Positions 19,060-28,931 are shown, counted from the stretch's first letter. The stretch: DNA of 63,685 bases from Xanthobacteraceae bacterium (GCA_019748335.1 JAIEPP010000037.1:1-63685); one strand, 5' to 3'. Made by a program: numbers and translations. The notes: a model not told the origin generated them from the letters alone.

Positions 19060-20709
19060 TCATTCCGCCGGCTGAAGAGCTGCGGACGACGGCTCTTCCA
19101 CCTCGCCGACGCGCACCGTCATCCAGAGATTATAGGCCATGATCAACGCCCCGATCAGGAACAGCGCGCCGCCGGCGGCGCGGATGATGTAGAAGGGATG
19201 CATCGCTTCCACGGTCTCGATGAAGGAGTATTCGAGGAAGCCGAGCGAGGTATAGGCACGCCACATCAGGCCCTGCAGAATTCCCGACACCCACATCGCG
19301 GAGATGTAGAGAACGATGCCGATGGTCGCGATCCAGAAGTGCCAGTTGACCAGCTTGAGGCTGTAAAGGCCTTTGCGATTCCACAACCAGGGCACCATGC
19401 AATACAGCGCACCGAACGACACGAACCCGACCCAGCCCAGCGCACCCGAGTGGACGTGACCGATGGTCCAGTCCGTATAGTGGCTCAGCGAATTGACGAC
19501 CTTGATCGACATCATCGGACCCTCGAAGGTCGACATGCCGTAGAAGGCGACCGACACCACGAGCATTCGCAGAACCGGATCGGTGCGAAGTTTGTCCCAG
19601 GCTCCCGACAGCGTCATCAAGCCGTTGATCATGCCGCCCCATGACGGCATCCACAGCATGATCGAGAACGTCATGCCGAGCGTCTGCGCCCAATCGGGCA
19701 GCGCCGTGTAGTGCAGATGGTGCGGTCCGGCCCAGATGTAGAGGAAGATCAGCGCCCAGAAGTGGATGATCGACAGCCGGTAGGAATAGATCGGGCGCTC
19801 CGCGCGCTTCGGAATGAAGTAGTACATGATCGCGAGGAAGCCGGCGGTGAGGAAGAAGCCGACCGCGTTGTGGCCGTACCACCACTGGAACATCGCGTCC
19901 TGAACGCCGCCCCAGGCGATGTAGGATTTCGAGCCGAGGAACGACACGGGCAGCGCGGGATTATTCCCGAGATGCAGCACGGCGATGGTGACGATGAAGG
20001 CGAGATAGAACCAGTTGGCGACAAAGATGTGAGGTTCTTTTCGCTTGATGAGGGTGACGAGGAAGACCAGCAGATAGGTCACCCAGACGATCGTCAGCCA
20101 CAGATCGGCATACCATTCCGGTTCGGCATATTCCTTGGATTGGGTGACGCCCAGCAGGTAACCGGTGCCGGCGACCAGAATGAAGAAATTGTAGCCGATG
20201 ACGACGAACCACGGCGCGAGGTCACCGGCGAGACGGGCGCGACAGGTCTTCTGCACGACATAGAACGAAGTGGCGATCAGCACGTTGCCGCCGAAAGCGA
20301 AGATGACGGCCGAAGTATGCAGCGGCCGCAGCCGGCCAAAACTGGTCCATGGCAGGTCGAAATTGAGCGCCGGCCAGGCGAGCTGCGAGGCGATCAGGAG
20401 GCCGACCGTAAAGCCGGCGATCCCCCAGAATACCGCCATCACCGCGGAGAACTTGATCGGACCCAGATTGTAGTTGGGCCGGCCGTTGATTTCCTGCGGC
20501 GGCAGCGCCGCAGGACGCTCGTAATAGCGGTTCACGATCGCAATGACGGATGCCAGACTGGCGGCGCATGCCAGCGACGCATGGAAGGCGAACGCCGTAT
20601 CCAGCGCCATCGCCGCAGCAAAGAGGCAGAGAAACGCGGTCGCGGCAAGAATCATTGCCAGACCGGCCTCGCCAAGTGTCATCGATTTTGCGGTTTGAGA
20701 TTGGGTCAT
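19060..20709 (-). CDS. fixN: cbb3 oxidase subunit I
   Basis: [44 protein letters not shown]. Confidence 0.98.
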   Translation of the reverse strand: MTQSQTAKSMTLGEAGLAMILAATAFLCLFAAAMALDTAFAFHASLACAASLASVIAIVNRYYERPAALPPQEINGRPNYNLGPIKFSAVMAVFWGIAGFTVGLLIASQLAWPALNFDLPWTSFGRLRPLHTSAVIFAFGGNVLIATSFYVVQKTCRARLAGDLAPWFVVIGYNFFILVAGTGYLLGVTQSKEYAEPEWYADLWLTIVWVTYLLVFLVTLIKRKEPHIFVANWFYLAFIVTIAVLHLGNNPALPVSFLGSKSYIAWGGVQDAMFQWWYGHNAVGFFLTAGFLAIMYYFIPKRAERPIYSYRLSIIHFWALIFLYIWAGPHHLHYTALPDWAQTLGMTFSIMLWMPSWGGMINGLMTLSGAWDKLRTDPVLRMLVVSVAFYGMSTFEGPMMSIKVVNSLSHYTDWTIGHVHSGALGWVGFVSFGALYCMVPWLWNRKGLYSLKLVNWHFWIATIGIVLYISAMWVSGILQGLMWRAYTSLGFLEYSFIETVEAMHPFYIIRAAGGALFLIGALIMAYNLWMTVRVGEVEEPSSAALQPAE

Positions 20710-20768
20710 GCGCTGGCTTCTCTTCTGCAAATGCACTGCACCATGATCACAGGTTCGGCATCGCCGAA

Positions 20769-20782
20769 TTGATCGAGGTCAA
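20769..20782. promoter_or_regulatory. FixK box of fixNOQP
   Basis: TTGATCGAGGTCAA, 60 bp upstream of fixN. Confidence 0.9.
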
Positions 20783-20848
20783 AGCCGGGCGGATTTGCGC
20801 GAGTTGGGGACAATTATTCAGCCGGTCTGACCGGCTCGACGGATACGT

Positions 20849-21193
20849 TCAGCAACAGAACGGCCCGAACATCAGGAATTCCCGCATTTCAGCGGTCAAA
20901 TGCGGCTTCCGCGGTTCTTGAGGGACGATCCCAAGCGTGCCGGCTTGTTCCGAATCGATCTCGATATCGGACAGGCGCTTTTCCACCGCGTCCGCGGAGA
21001 GCGCGCGCCCGGTCAGAAGCCCGTAAAGTTGCGGAGGCGAAAGATCGAGATCGCGCGCGATCTGTTCGAACTCGGCGCGATTCGTGTTTTTCAGCTGGGC
21101 TGGTCGTTTGAATCTGGACGCAACGGCTCTCACCCAGCTCCCAACAACGCTGGTGCGCGATAACCTTCCTATATCGGCAGATACCATCGTCAC
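20849..21193 (-). CDS. Hypothetical protein (EQIARDLDLS motif, ends FCC)
   Basis: 114-aa ORF with its own FixK box at 21247. Confidence 0.6.
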   Translation of the reverse strand: MTMVSADIGRLSRTSVVGSWVRAVASRFKRPAQLKNTNRAEFEQIARDLDLSPPQLYGLLTGRALSADAVEKRLSDIEIDSEQAGTLGIVPQEPRKPHLTAEMREFLMFGPFCC

Positions 21194-21246
21194 CGGGACG
21201 CCTCACTGATCGGATGCAACCAAAGCCGCAACCGGCGATGCACGCG

Positions 21247-21260
21247 TTGACCTGCGTCAA
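21247..21260. promoter_or_regulatory. FixK box
   Basis: TTGACCTGCGTCAA. Confidence 0.75.
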
Positions 21261-21354
21261 GCCGGCCGACACGTGAGATCGCCTGCAAATGCGCGCAGCA
21301 TCGTCGCCGCTTTTCTCCCCACGGGTAATCAATCCCGATGGGGGGGCGCTGAGG

Positions 21355-21495
21355 TCAGAACGGCCTGCGCTTGGCGTTGTTCTGCGCCGATATCTGGCCC
21401 GGGCGGGTCTGCCGGTCAGCCCAGAACAGCGCCGCGGCAAACGCAACGAACATCGCGACGACGGATATGGAAACGAGCAACGAATCGGCTGGCAT
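21355..21495 (-). CDS. 46-aa single-TM small protein
   Basis: MPADSLLVSISVVAMFVAFAAALFWADRQTRPGQISAQNNAKRRPF; AGGAG ribosome-binding site; FixK box at 21551. Confidence 0.75.
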   Translation of the reverse strand: MPADSLLVSISVVAMFVAFAAALFWADRQTRPGQISAQNNAKRRPF

Positions 21496-21550
21496 GGCTG
21501 GGTCTCCTGCTATCGTCCGCAAAGAATGCCCGCGCCACGCCATCGGCGTT

Positions 21551-21564
21551 TTGACCCAGATCAA
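21551..21564. promoter_or_regulatory. FixK box
   Basis: TTGACCCAGATCAA. Confidence 0.8.
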
Positions 21565-21595
21565 ATTTTCCGCCGCCGCCACGCTCGAAAACGCT

Positions 21596-22315
21596 CTAGG
21601 CTGCGGCCAGAGCCTCGGCGCGGTCGGTGTCCAGCAGGCGGACACCGCCGGTGACGATCACCAGCATCTTCTCGCGCTCGAACCGGGTCAGCGTCCGGCT
21701 CACGGTTTCGATCGTCAGCCCGAGATAGTCGGCGATATCCTGCCGGCTCATCGGCAGCGAGATGGTTTGCCTGTTGTCACCGATATGGGCCAGACGCTCG
21801 CGCCAGCCGACCAGAAAGGCCGCGACCTTCTCCTCCGCGGTGCGCCGCCCCAGCAGCAACATCTGCTCCTGCGCCAACATCAGTTCGCGCGAGACGAATT
21901 CATTGATCCGCATCAGGAAATGCGGCCGCTGCTCGATAAAATGGGTGAATGCTTCCCGCGAAAGGCGGCACACCGACACCGCATCGACCGCATCCGCCGA
22001 GAAATTGTACCGATCGGCCGGCGACACGCCGAGAAAATCTCCGGGCAACGCGAAGCCGATGACTTGCCGCCGCCCGTCCGGCAGCAGCTTGTACAGGCGC
22101 GCAACGCCGACCGTCAGACTATGGACGGCAGCGGCGACCTGGCCTGCGGTGAAAAGCGCCTCATTAGCCTCCAGATGCGCGTGGCGGGAGATCCGTTCGA
22201 ACTCCCCAAGATCCGCCTGATCGAGTGCGCCGCAGATGCTCAGCGATCGCACGGCACAGGCGCTGCATCGGCCGAAATTGGCGCGATTTGGATTCGGAGA
22301 GATGGTTCGTATCAT
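21596..22315 (-). CDS. fixK1: FNR-type O2-sensing Crp/Fnr regulator (FixK1/FnrN/AadR group)
   Basis: N-terminal CxxC-x7-C plus a central Cys (VSVCRL); DIADYLGLTIETVSR HTH; divergent from a cytochrome c gene. Confidence 0.85.
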   Translation of the reverse strand: MIRTISPNPNRANFGRCSACAVRSLSICGALDQADLGEFERISRHAHLEANEALFTAGQVAAAVHSLTVGVARLYKLLPDGRRQVIGFALPGDFLGVSPADRYNFSADAVDAVSVCRLSREAFTHFIEQRPHFLMRINEFVSRELMLAQEQMLLLGRRTAEEKVAAFLVGWRERLAHIGDNRQTISLPMSRQDIADYLGLTIETVSRTLTRFEREKMLVIVTGGVRLLDTDRAEALAAA

Positions 22316-22424
22316 GATCCCGCCCATGCGACCTCCCACCGGCCGCTCCCCCCGCCCGGTCACGGCTGAATACCGCGGGGCCTGCGGAGATATAGTTCAT
22401 TCTAGCCAGTCCACGGCCGGCCGG

Positions 22425-22438
22425 TTGATCCAGATCAA
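22425..22438. promoter_or_regulatory. FixK box between fixK1 and cycS
   Basis: TTGATCCAGATCAA, a consensus match. Confidence 0.9.
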
Positions 22439-22514
22439 ATTGGTCAGCGCATAAACTCTTCATGTTGCGGTTCATGGCCTGAAAGGCCCGCACTTCTACG
22501 GAGTTCAAGCCGCA

Positions 22515-22832
22515 ATGATCGCACGCATTCTGATGCCGCTGGCGTTGGCGCTGATGACCCTGACACCCGCAGCGGCGGCTTCGCCGGACCAGCAGCGCGG
22601 CAAGACCTTTGCGCTCAACAATTGCGCGAGATGTCATTCGATCGACAAGGTGACGCAAAGCCCGCTGAAGATTGCGCCGCCGTTCCGGACGCTGCACAAG
22701 CGCTATCCGATCGAGACCATCGCGGAAGCCCTGGCCGAAGGCATCGTCACCGGACATCCGAGCATGCCGCAGTTCCAGCTCGATCCCGACCAGATCCATG
22801 ACCTGCTTTCGTATCTGAAGACGCTGGAGTAA
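22515..22832 (+). CDS. cycS: Soluble monoheme cytochrome c
   Basis: Signal peptide, CARCH, GHPSMPQF; syntenic with fixK1. Confidence 0.85.
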   Translation: MIARILMPLALALMTLTPAAAASPDQQRGKTFALNNCARCHSIDKVTQSPLKIAPPFRTLHKRYPIETIAEALAEGIVTGHPSMPQFQLDPDQIHDLLSYLKTLE

Positions 22833-23000
22833 CCGGGGATTGAAAATGCTTTGGCACAGCGGACATGGCCGGAACCGCTGGCTTTCGCTGGTCGCGAATG
22901 ACCGCAGGCGGACTTTAGGTCGCAACGCTTAGCGCCGACACTGCCCTTTCCGGGCAGTGCCGTTGTGTCTCGAAAACATCATCGTCTCAACGCAAGAGCG

Positions 23001-23014
23001 TTGATTGAGATCAA
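23001..23014. promoter_or_regulatory. FixK box
   Basis: TTGATTGAGATCAA. Confidence 0.8.
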
Positions 23015-23122
23015 CGCAAGACTCGTAAGCTGTCTCTCTACTTGGTGATTGGCGCGCGACGTTGGGGCTTTCAGCCACCAGGCAGAGCCCGCAGATAGGG
23101 CGCCCCAAACGAGGAGGCGTCC

Positions 23123-23611
23123 ATGCGTAAGCACCTCATTCCAACGCTTGCCTTTTCCATGCTGGGTCTGATCGCCACAGGATCATTGGCGCACTCGGAT
23201 ACTATTGCGCACTATGAATGCTCTGTGATCGGGCTCCCCGGCCCGGAGCCGATCGGTGACCGTCCCGATCATAGCCTCCTGACTGTAGAGTATTCCTGCG
23301 TCGGTATCGACGGCCTGCTGAAGGGAGCCGTCTACACCGCGTCCAACACGGTTGAATGGGATGGCCCAAAGGGGACATTCCTGGTTGGCGGCGGCATGCA
23401 CCGCATACCCGGCGGGCGCGCGGTGATGCAGATGGTTGAGGGTACCGCATCGGCCGTCATGAAGGACGGCAAGCTGGTCGGAAACCAGACCTCGGGCAAG
23501 ACAATCGTCAAGTTCGCGTCGGGCCCCTTCGCCGCGTTGTCCGGCAAGACGATCAGATTCGTGACCACACCGATGAACCCGGTCCGGTTTGCCATTGAGT
23601 TCACCGACTGA
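23123..23611 (+). CDS. Secreted beta-rich hypothetical protein
   Basis: GAGGAGG ribosome-binding site, signal peptide, 2 Cys. Confidence 0.8.
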   Translation: MRKHLIPTLAFSMLGLIATGSLAHSDTIAHYECSVIGLPGPEPIGDRPDHSLLTVEYSCVGIDGLLKGAVYTASNTVEWDGPKGTFLVGGGMHRIPGGRAVMQMVEGTASAVMKDGKLVGNQTSGKTIVKFASGPFAALSGKTIRFVTTPMNPVRFAIEFTD

Positions 23612-23728
23612 CGGGCATTCGAACGACACAAGAAGTCTGTTCTTGGCAGACCGAATCGTTTGGCCACCAAGCACGATACGCCTGCTATCCGGCGCAGCGG
23701 ATACTGGTGGGCCGTCGCGTAAAGCGCC

Positions 23729-24832
23729 TTAAAGCGCCTTCACTGTCCACGCGATCATGTCCTTCGCAATCCGGCCGAAGGCCTCGCTGAATGCGGCGGC
23801 GGCCGGCGCCGGCGCGACGGAATTCAGTTTCTCGCTCTCCTCGAACAGGCGGGAGACGACCACCTTGCCGCTCTTGTCGACGATCCGCGCCGACAACCCG
23901 ATCTCGGCAGCCGGCGCCGGATCCGTCGCGATTCGGAACCGCCTGACGTCGATCAAGAGCTGAAACTCGGGCTGGCCCAGGTCGGCCACGCGCAACGGTG
24001 CATGCGCGAGATCGTAATTCTCGAAGCTCTCGATCAGCCGCGCCTGGATCAGCTTCGGCAGCGCGTCGGCCCACATCGCCTCGGCAAAGCCGGGATAATC
24101 CTGCGGCGGCGAGAACAAGAAGCGCTGCGTCTCCAGCATCGCCACCGCCGTGGGTTCGGGGATAGCCCACTGCACGTTGATGGTCTTGCCCGCGGGGCCG
24201 GCGTTTGCCGGCGCCCGCAGATCATAGGTGATCTTCGGCGGCGGCGCGGTGACGCCGGTCATGCGTTCGAGGCCGGCGACGATACCGTCAAGCTTGCCGG
24301 TGTTGCGCGCCAGTCCTTCCGAGAACACCTTGAAGTTGGCGATGGTATCCTTCAGCGCGCCGGAATTCTCCGTCAGCACCGAGTCGACCTTGCGCAAGGC
24401 ATCGCGCGCGGCCTGGGTCATGCCCTGCCCCGCGCCGGGTTCGGCGATCAGCGTCGGCACCGCGCCGCTGTTGGCCAGCATCATGCCGCCTTCCATCGCA
24501 ATGACGGGGACGCCGGTCAGGCCCTGGAATTCGAGGCCAACCTTGGTGTCGGCGCGCACCGGCGTCGTCGAGGCCACCGAGATCGTCGCATTCACGCGGC
24601 GCGGGTTATCCGGTGCGAGGCCGAGATCCGTCACCTCGCCGACACGGATACCGTTGAACAGCACGCCGGCGCCGACCAGGAGCCCCGGCACCGGGCCATC
24701 GAACTGGACGTGATAGGCGGTGCGCGGACCGAGCCCGCCGGTGTTGTGAAGCCAGTAGACGAAGCCGAACACGGCGACGATGGCCGCCAGGACGAAAGCG
24801 CCGACAACGACGAAGGGAGCGCGGGTTTCCAT
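23729..24832 (-). CDS. MlaD/MCE protein with C-terminal ABC auxiliary lipoprotein-like domain
   Basis: METRAPFVVVGAF, VPGLLVGAGVLFNGIRVGEV, WADALPKLIQ. Confidence 0.88.
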   Translation of the reverse strand: METRAPFVVVGAFVLAAIVAVFGFVYWLHNTGGLGPRTAYHVQFDGPVPGLLVGAGVLFNGIRVGEVTDLGLAPDNPRRVNATISVASTTPVRADTKVGLEFQGLTGVPVIAMEGGMMLANSGAVPTLIAEPGAGQGMTQAARDALRKVDSVLTENSGALKDTIANFKVFSEGLARNTGKLDGIVAGLERMTGVTAPPPKITYDLRAPANAGPAGKTINVQWAIPEPTAVAMLETQRFLFSPPQDYPGFAEAMWADALPKLIQARLIESFENYDLAHAPLRVADLGQPEFQLLIDVRRFRIATDPAPAAEIGLSARIVDKSGKVVVSRLFEESEKLNSVAPAPAAAAFSEAFGRIAKDMIAWTVKAL

Positions 24833-24859
24833 CTCTTAACTCGCTTTGGGTTGCAGCAA

Positions 24860-25615
24860 CTAGGAGCGCTTGCCATGAAAATAGGCCCGTACCCAGGGAT
24901 GCTCGGATTGAAGCAGTTCGCGCATCGGTCCGATGGCGACGATCTTGCCGTCCGCCAGCGCCGCGACGCGGTCACAGACGACATTGAGGCTGGCAAGGTC
25001 ATGGGTGACCATGAACACCGTCAGCCCCAGCGTTTTCTGCAATGTCTTGATCAGGGTATCGAACTCGCCGGCCGCGATCGGGTCGAGCCCCGAGGTCGGC
25101 TCGTCGAGGAATACGATCGCCGGATCGAGCGCGAGCGCGCGGGCCAGCGCCACGCGCTTGGTCATGCCGCCGGACAGTTCCGACGGGAACCTGTCGCCGT
25201 CCTCCGGTTTGAGCCCGACCATTTCCAGTTTCGCGGTGGCGATCTCGTCCATCAGCGGCTGCGACATGACGAGGTTTTCACGCAGCGGAAACTGAACGTT
25301 CTGCCGCACCGTGAGCGATGAAAACAGCGCGCCCTGCTGGAACAGCACGCCCCATCGGCCCGCCGCACTCTGCGTGGTCCGTTCATTGGCGCCGCCGATC
25401 ATGGCGCCCATCACCTCGATGTCTCCGCTTCGCCGCGGAATCAGGCCAATGACGGTTCGCATCAATACCGACTTGCCGCCGCCGGAAGCGCCGACCAGAC
25501 CGAGGATTTCACCCCGGCGGACGTCCAGCGACAGATGGTCGATCACGACCTGCTGGCCAAAGCCGACCACGAGGTCGTGCACGCGAATGGCGAATTCGGG
25601 GGGGCTCTCCTGCAT
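24860..25615 (-). CDS. MlaF-like ABC ATP-binding protein
   Basis: GASGGGKS, FQQGALFSSL, LSGGM, FLDEPT, VTHD. Confidence 0.92.
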   Translation of the reverse strand: MQESPPEFAIRVHDLVVGFGQQVVIDHLSLDVRRGEILGLVGASGGGKSVLMRTVIGLIPRRSGDIEVMGAMIGGANERTTQSAAGRWGVLFQQGALFSSLTVRQNVQFPLRENLVMSQPLMDEIATAKLEMVGLKPEDGDRFPSELSGGMTKRVALARALALDPAIVFLDEPTSGLDPIAAGEFDTLIKTLQKTLGLTVFMVTHDLASLNVVCDRVAALADGKIVAIGPMRELLQSEHPWVRAYFHGKRS

Positions 25616-25617
25616 CG

Positions 25618-26754
25618 TCACATTCCGATCGATGCGAAGAAGATCGCAAACAGGCCGTCGAGCACGATCACCAGGAAGATCGACTTCACCACCGACGTCG
25701 TGGTCTGCTTGCCGAGCGACTCGGCGCTTCCCTTCACCCGCAGGCCTTCGCTGCACGCGACGATGCCGATCACCAGCGCCATGAATGGCGCCTTGAGAAT
25801 GCCGACCTCGAAATGGGTGACGGAAACGGCGTCATGCAGCCGCGCGATGTAGATTTGTGGTCCCATGCCGCCGTAGAACTGCGCCACCAGACCGCCGCCA
25901 TAGAGCGCGGCCAGCGAGCCGATGAAGCTCAGGATCGGCAGCGCGCAGACCAGCGCGATGACGCGCGGCAGGATCAGCACTTCGACCGGATCGAGGCCCA
26001 TGGTGGAGAGCGCGTCGATTTCCTCGCGCATCTTCATCGCGCCGAGCTCGGCGGTATAGGCGCTTCCGGACCGGCCGGCGACCATGATGGCGACGATCAG
26101 GACACCGAGTTCACGCAGCACCAGAATGCCGACCATGTCGACGACATAGGAATCCGCGCCGAATTTCCGAAAATGGAAAAAACCCTGTTGCGCGATGATG
26201 GCGCCGATCAGGAAGGTGATCAGCACCACGATCGGGATCGCCTGCCAGCAGACCCGATAGAACTGGTAGACCAGCGATGTGAAGCGCAGCGACCGCGGAC
26301 GGCGCAGCACGCCGATCAGCGCCATGAACAGCGATCCCAGCAACTTCAGGAAGACGCTCACGTCATCGGTCGCGCTGCTGGCGGAACGGCCGATGTCGTT
26401 GAGCTTGACCACGACCGGGTTGAGCGGCCGGACCGGGGTAGGATTGTGACGATTGACCTGATGAACTTCCTCGATCAGGCCGGCATAGTTGTCGGCCACG
26501 CCGACGACATCGGCGCGGTGCCCGGCCGACGTCACCCGGCGCGAGATCTTCTCGAGCATCCAGGCCCCGAGCGTGTCGAGCTCGCGCACGCCAGTCAGAT
26601 CGACCTTGACGCTGGGCGCGCGGTCGAGCTGCGGCATCACCTCACCCGAGATACGCTCGAGTGCTGCGGCATTGGCCGCGGTCCAGGATCCGCCCGGGCA
26701 CAGTTCGAGCGCATCGCCCGATGGCGTGGCGGTTAACACGGGAGCTGTCGTCAA
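25618..26754 (-). CDS. MlaE-like permease with N-terminal STAS domain
   Basis: LDTLGA, LRELG, AGRSGSAYTAELGAMKMREEIDAL; start approximate. Confidence 0.9.
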   Translation of the reverse strand: MTTAPVLTATPSGDALELCPGGSWTAANAAALERISGEVMPQLDRAPSVKVDLTGVRELDTLGAWMLEKISRRVTSAGHRADVVGVADNYAGLIEEVHQVNRHNPTPVRPLNPVVVKLNDIGRSASSATDDVSVFLKLLGSLFMALIGVLRRPRSLRFTSLVYQFYRVCWQAIPIVVLITFLIGAIIAQQGFFHFRKFGADSYVVDMVGILVLRELGVLIVAIMVAGRSGSAYTAELGAMKMREEIDALSTMGLDPVEVLILPRVIALVCALPILSFIGSLAALYGGGLVAQFYGGMGPQIYIARLHDAVSVTHFEVGILKAPFMALVIGIVACSEGLRVKGSAESLGKQTTTSVVKSIFLVIVLDGLFAIFFASIGM

Positions 26755-26811
26755 AATGATATTCCCTCGATCGGAGAGCGTTCTTCCTAGGCGGCGGGCA
26801 CGGCACCTATA

Positions 26812-26868
26812 TTGACCTGCCTCAAGCCATCTGTCGCCCCCTGCCCGACGGCTGTTGACCCAAATCAA
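26812..26868. promoter_or_regulatory. Two back-to-back FixK boxes (divergent promoters)
   Basis: TTGACCTGCCTCAA 26812-26825 and TTGACCCAAATCAA 26855-26868. Confidence 0.8.
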
Positions 26869-26925
26869 GCGCCGCCGCGCAGACTGCGCCTAGAGTGAGG
26901 CCAGTCGAAGCAATGAGAGAGCGCG

Positions 26926-27201
26926 ATGTTCAATACGAGCGATTTCGGGGACGAACTGCAGGCGCTGCAAAGCGAGGTATCGCGCCTTATGAACACGACC
27001 GGCGAAGGCATTTTCGATGCCGCGAAAAATCGCAGCGAGGCTCTTGCCGACCAGATCAAGGCTGCGCTCGGCGAACTCGGCGAGACCCTGAGCGAGCAAG
27101 AGGATCATGTCGAAAAATTGATCGCGGAACGGCCCATCACCTCGATGGCGTCCGCCTTCGCGCTCGGCGTCGTCATCGGTTTCATGCTGCGGAGACACTG
27201 A
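26926..27201 (+). CDS. ElaB/YqjD (DUF883)-like protein
   Basis: Helical, with C-terminal ERPITSMASAFALGVVIGFMLRR. Confidence 0.8.
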   Translation: MFNTSDFGDELQALQSEVSRLMNTTGEGIFDAAKNRSEALADQIKAALGELGETLSEQEDHVEKLIAERPITSMASAFALGVVIGFMLRRH

Positions 27202-27202
27202 C

Positions 27203-27709
27203 GTGAACAGCGAAAATGTAGTCAAGCACCTGCGCGCCCTGTGGCGAACCGACCGTATCATCGCCGATATAAGGATGCGGCATATGCTGGTCGGCCTCGG
27301 CTTGCGGGCATTCGCCGGGCTGATTGCGGCCTTCGGCCTCTTGATGCTGGAACTGGCGGCCTATTTCGCGCTGGTGCAGGTCTGGAGCGCGATCTCAGCG
27401 GCCGCGATCCTCGGCATCGCCAATTTCGTGATCGCTGCCATCCTGTTCGTGCTCGCAGGCAGACCGCCGTCGGGCCGCGAGCTCGAACTCGCCAACGAGA
27501 TTCACGGCTCGGCCATCGAGGCGCTGCAGGTCGAGGCGCGGGCGGTGCAGACGCAGTTCGCCGGAATGGTCCAGCATCCCCTGAACAGCGTGCTGCCGCT
27601 GATTCTGGTGCCGCTGATCACGATCATCGTCAAAAGCCTGAAGAAATCCAGGCCGACAGCAGCCCACTCGCCGGCTCCGGCGGCCACGGCCACCGCTGAA
27701 CAAACCTGA
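27203..27709 (+). CDS. YqjE/holin-like membrane protein
   Basis: Two TM helices; typical partner downstream of DUF883. Confidence 0.75.
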   Translation: MNSENVVKHLRALWRTDRIIADIRMRHMLVGLGLRAFAGLIAAFGLLMLELAAYFALVQVWSAISAAAILGIANFVIAAILFVLAGRPPSGRELELANEIHGSAIEALQVEARAVQTQFAGMVQHPLNSVLPLILVPLITIIVKSLKKSRPTAAHSPAPAATATAEQT

Positions 27710-27775
27710 TCGCGGCACAGGCATCGACCTCCCGCACCAGCAAGACCCCAGGAACACCCAAGGAATACCAGCAAG

Positions 27776-28186
27776 ATGTCCCAGACCCAGTTCACACCGA
27801 TCCTCAATGCGTCCCTGCCGGCGCAATTCCGTCAGATCCGTATCGTACTGGCCCGCGAGCCCGGTCATCCTGAAGGCGACGCCGAGGTGGCCTATATCAT
27901 CGTTGCGCCGCTCGATTCGAACGACCGGATCGACGCGAAGCTGTGGCGGGCGCATCGCGATGCCTGCAGGATCGTGCGCCAGCGCCCGGACGAGCAGGAC
28001 AGATTGGGTCTGCTCATTCACCGGCAAGGCGGCGGCTGGGCCTTCCACTATGACGGCGAGGCCGCCCCGGCCGACGAGGTCGGCTATCACTTCGCGGATG
28101 AACGTTTCGTCGTCGGCGAATATGTCTCGATCAACGAACAAGGCAAGATGCACACCTACCGTGTCACGACGGTGTCGTGTATCTGA
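27776..28186 (+). CDS. Hypothetical protein
   Basis: 136 aa with genome-typical codon usage (LAREPGHPEGD...YVSINEQG). Confidence 0.75.
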   Translation: MSQTQFTPILNASLPAQFRQIRIVLAREPGHPEGDAEVAYIIVAPLDSNDRIDAKLWRAHRDACRIVRQRPDEQDRLGLLIHRQGGGWAFHYDGEAAPADEVGYHFADERFVVGEYVSINEQGKMHTYRVTTVSCI

Positions 28187-28236
28187 CGCAGGAAAGCCGC
28201 ACCCTTCCGCGACCTGAACTTCGACGGAGAGAAACG

Positions 28237-28482
28237 ATGCGAACCTATCTGCGTCTCCTTCTGCTGTTCGCGTTGACCGCCGGCGCGGCGTATCTGGCCA
28301 GCCGGGTTCTTGTGCCCGACGCCGTGCCCGTTGCCGACAGCGAACAGCCGCAATGGTATCTTCAACTCGCCTTCGTCCTGAGGTCGATCGAGCTGATCGG
28401 CCTCGGCGGCATGGCTCTGGTGTTCGTCGGCGGTCTTTCTGTCTGGTTCGGAAGGCGTTCGGAAACGACGCGGGTTCGGTAG
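28237..28482 (+). CDS. Small two-TM membrane protein
   Basis: GGAGAG ribosome-binding site, MRTYLRLLLLFALTAGAAYLAS. Confidence 0.65.
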   Translation: MRTYLRLLLLFALTAGAAYLASRVLVPDAVPVADSEQPQWYLQLAFVLRSIELIGLGGMALVFVGGLSVWFGRRSETTRVR

Positions 28483-28599
28483 GCGGCGACCGACGCCACG
28501 GGATGGCCATCGTCAGTGATCCCTGTCAACGGCTCATTCAGCGCTTCGCCGCTGACCGCGCAGCGGCGGCCACGACGGGTGTTGTATCCTGGGTTGCAG

Positions 28600-28927
28600 G
28601 AGATCTCTTTGCCCGGCCTCAGCGAAGCGGACCCTCAGGCACGACTGAAGGCCGAGGGGTACAACGAGCCTCCTCAACCCGATCGGCGCACGCCACTTTC
28701 CGCGCGCGCTGTTGGTTCGCGACGATGATCGCAAGCGGATTTCCGGCCGCGACGTCGTGCGCGGCGATCTCATCATGCTCTCGCAAGGGGACCGGGTTCC
28801 GGCCGACGCCGTTCTGCTGGAGTGCCGGGATTTGCAGGCCCATGAATCCACGCTGACAGGCGACTCGGTCCCCGTACGCAAGGTCGCGCGGGACAACCGC
28901 CGCGGCTGCAATCCTAGCACCGGCTGA
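28600..28927 (+). pseudogene. Remnant of a P2-type cation ATPase
   Basis: GLSEADPQARLKAEGYNE (N-terminal domain) joined out of frame to VVRGDLIMLSQGDRVPAD...ESTLTGDSVPVRK (actuator domain), then a stop; degenerate box GTGATCCCTGTCAA at 28516. Confidence 0.8.
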
Positions 28928-28931
28928 TCCT

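Noticed and set aside
22939-22959. Hairpin CACTGCCC-TTTCC-GGGCAGTG after cycS as a terminator or ncRNA
   Set aside because: Only an 8-bp stem, no U-tract and about 100 bp from the stop; too weak to call.
27203-27709. Holin-like gene as evidence of a prophage
   Set aside because: YqjE-type proteins next to DUF883 are cellular, and no phage genes are present.
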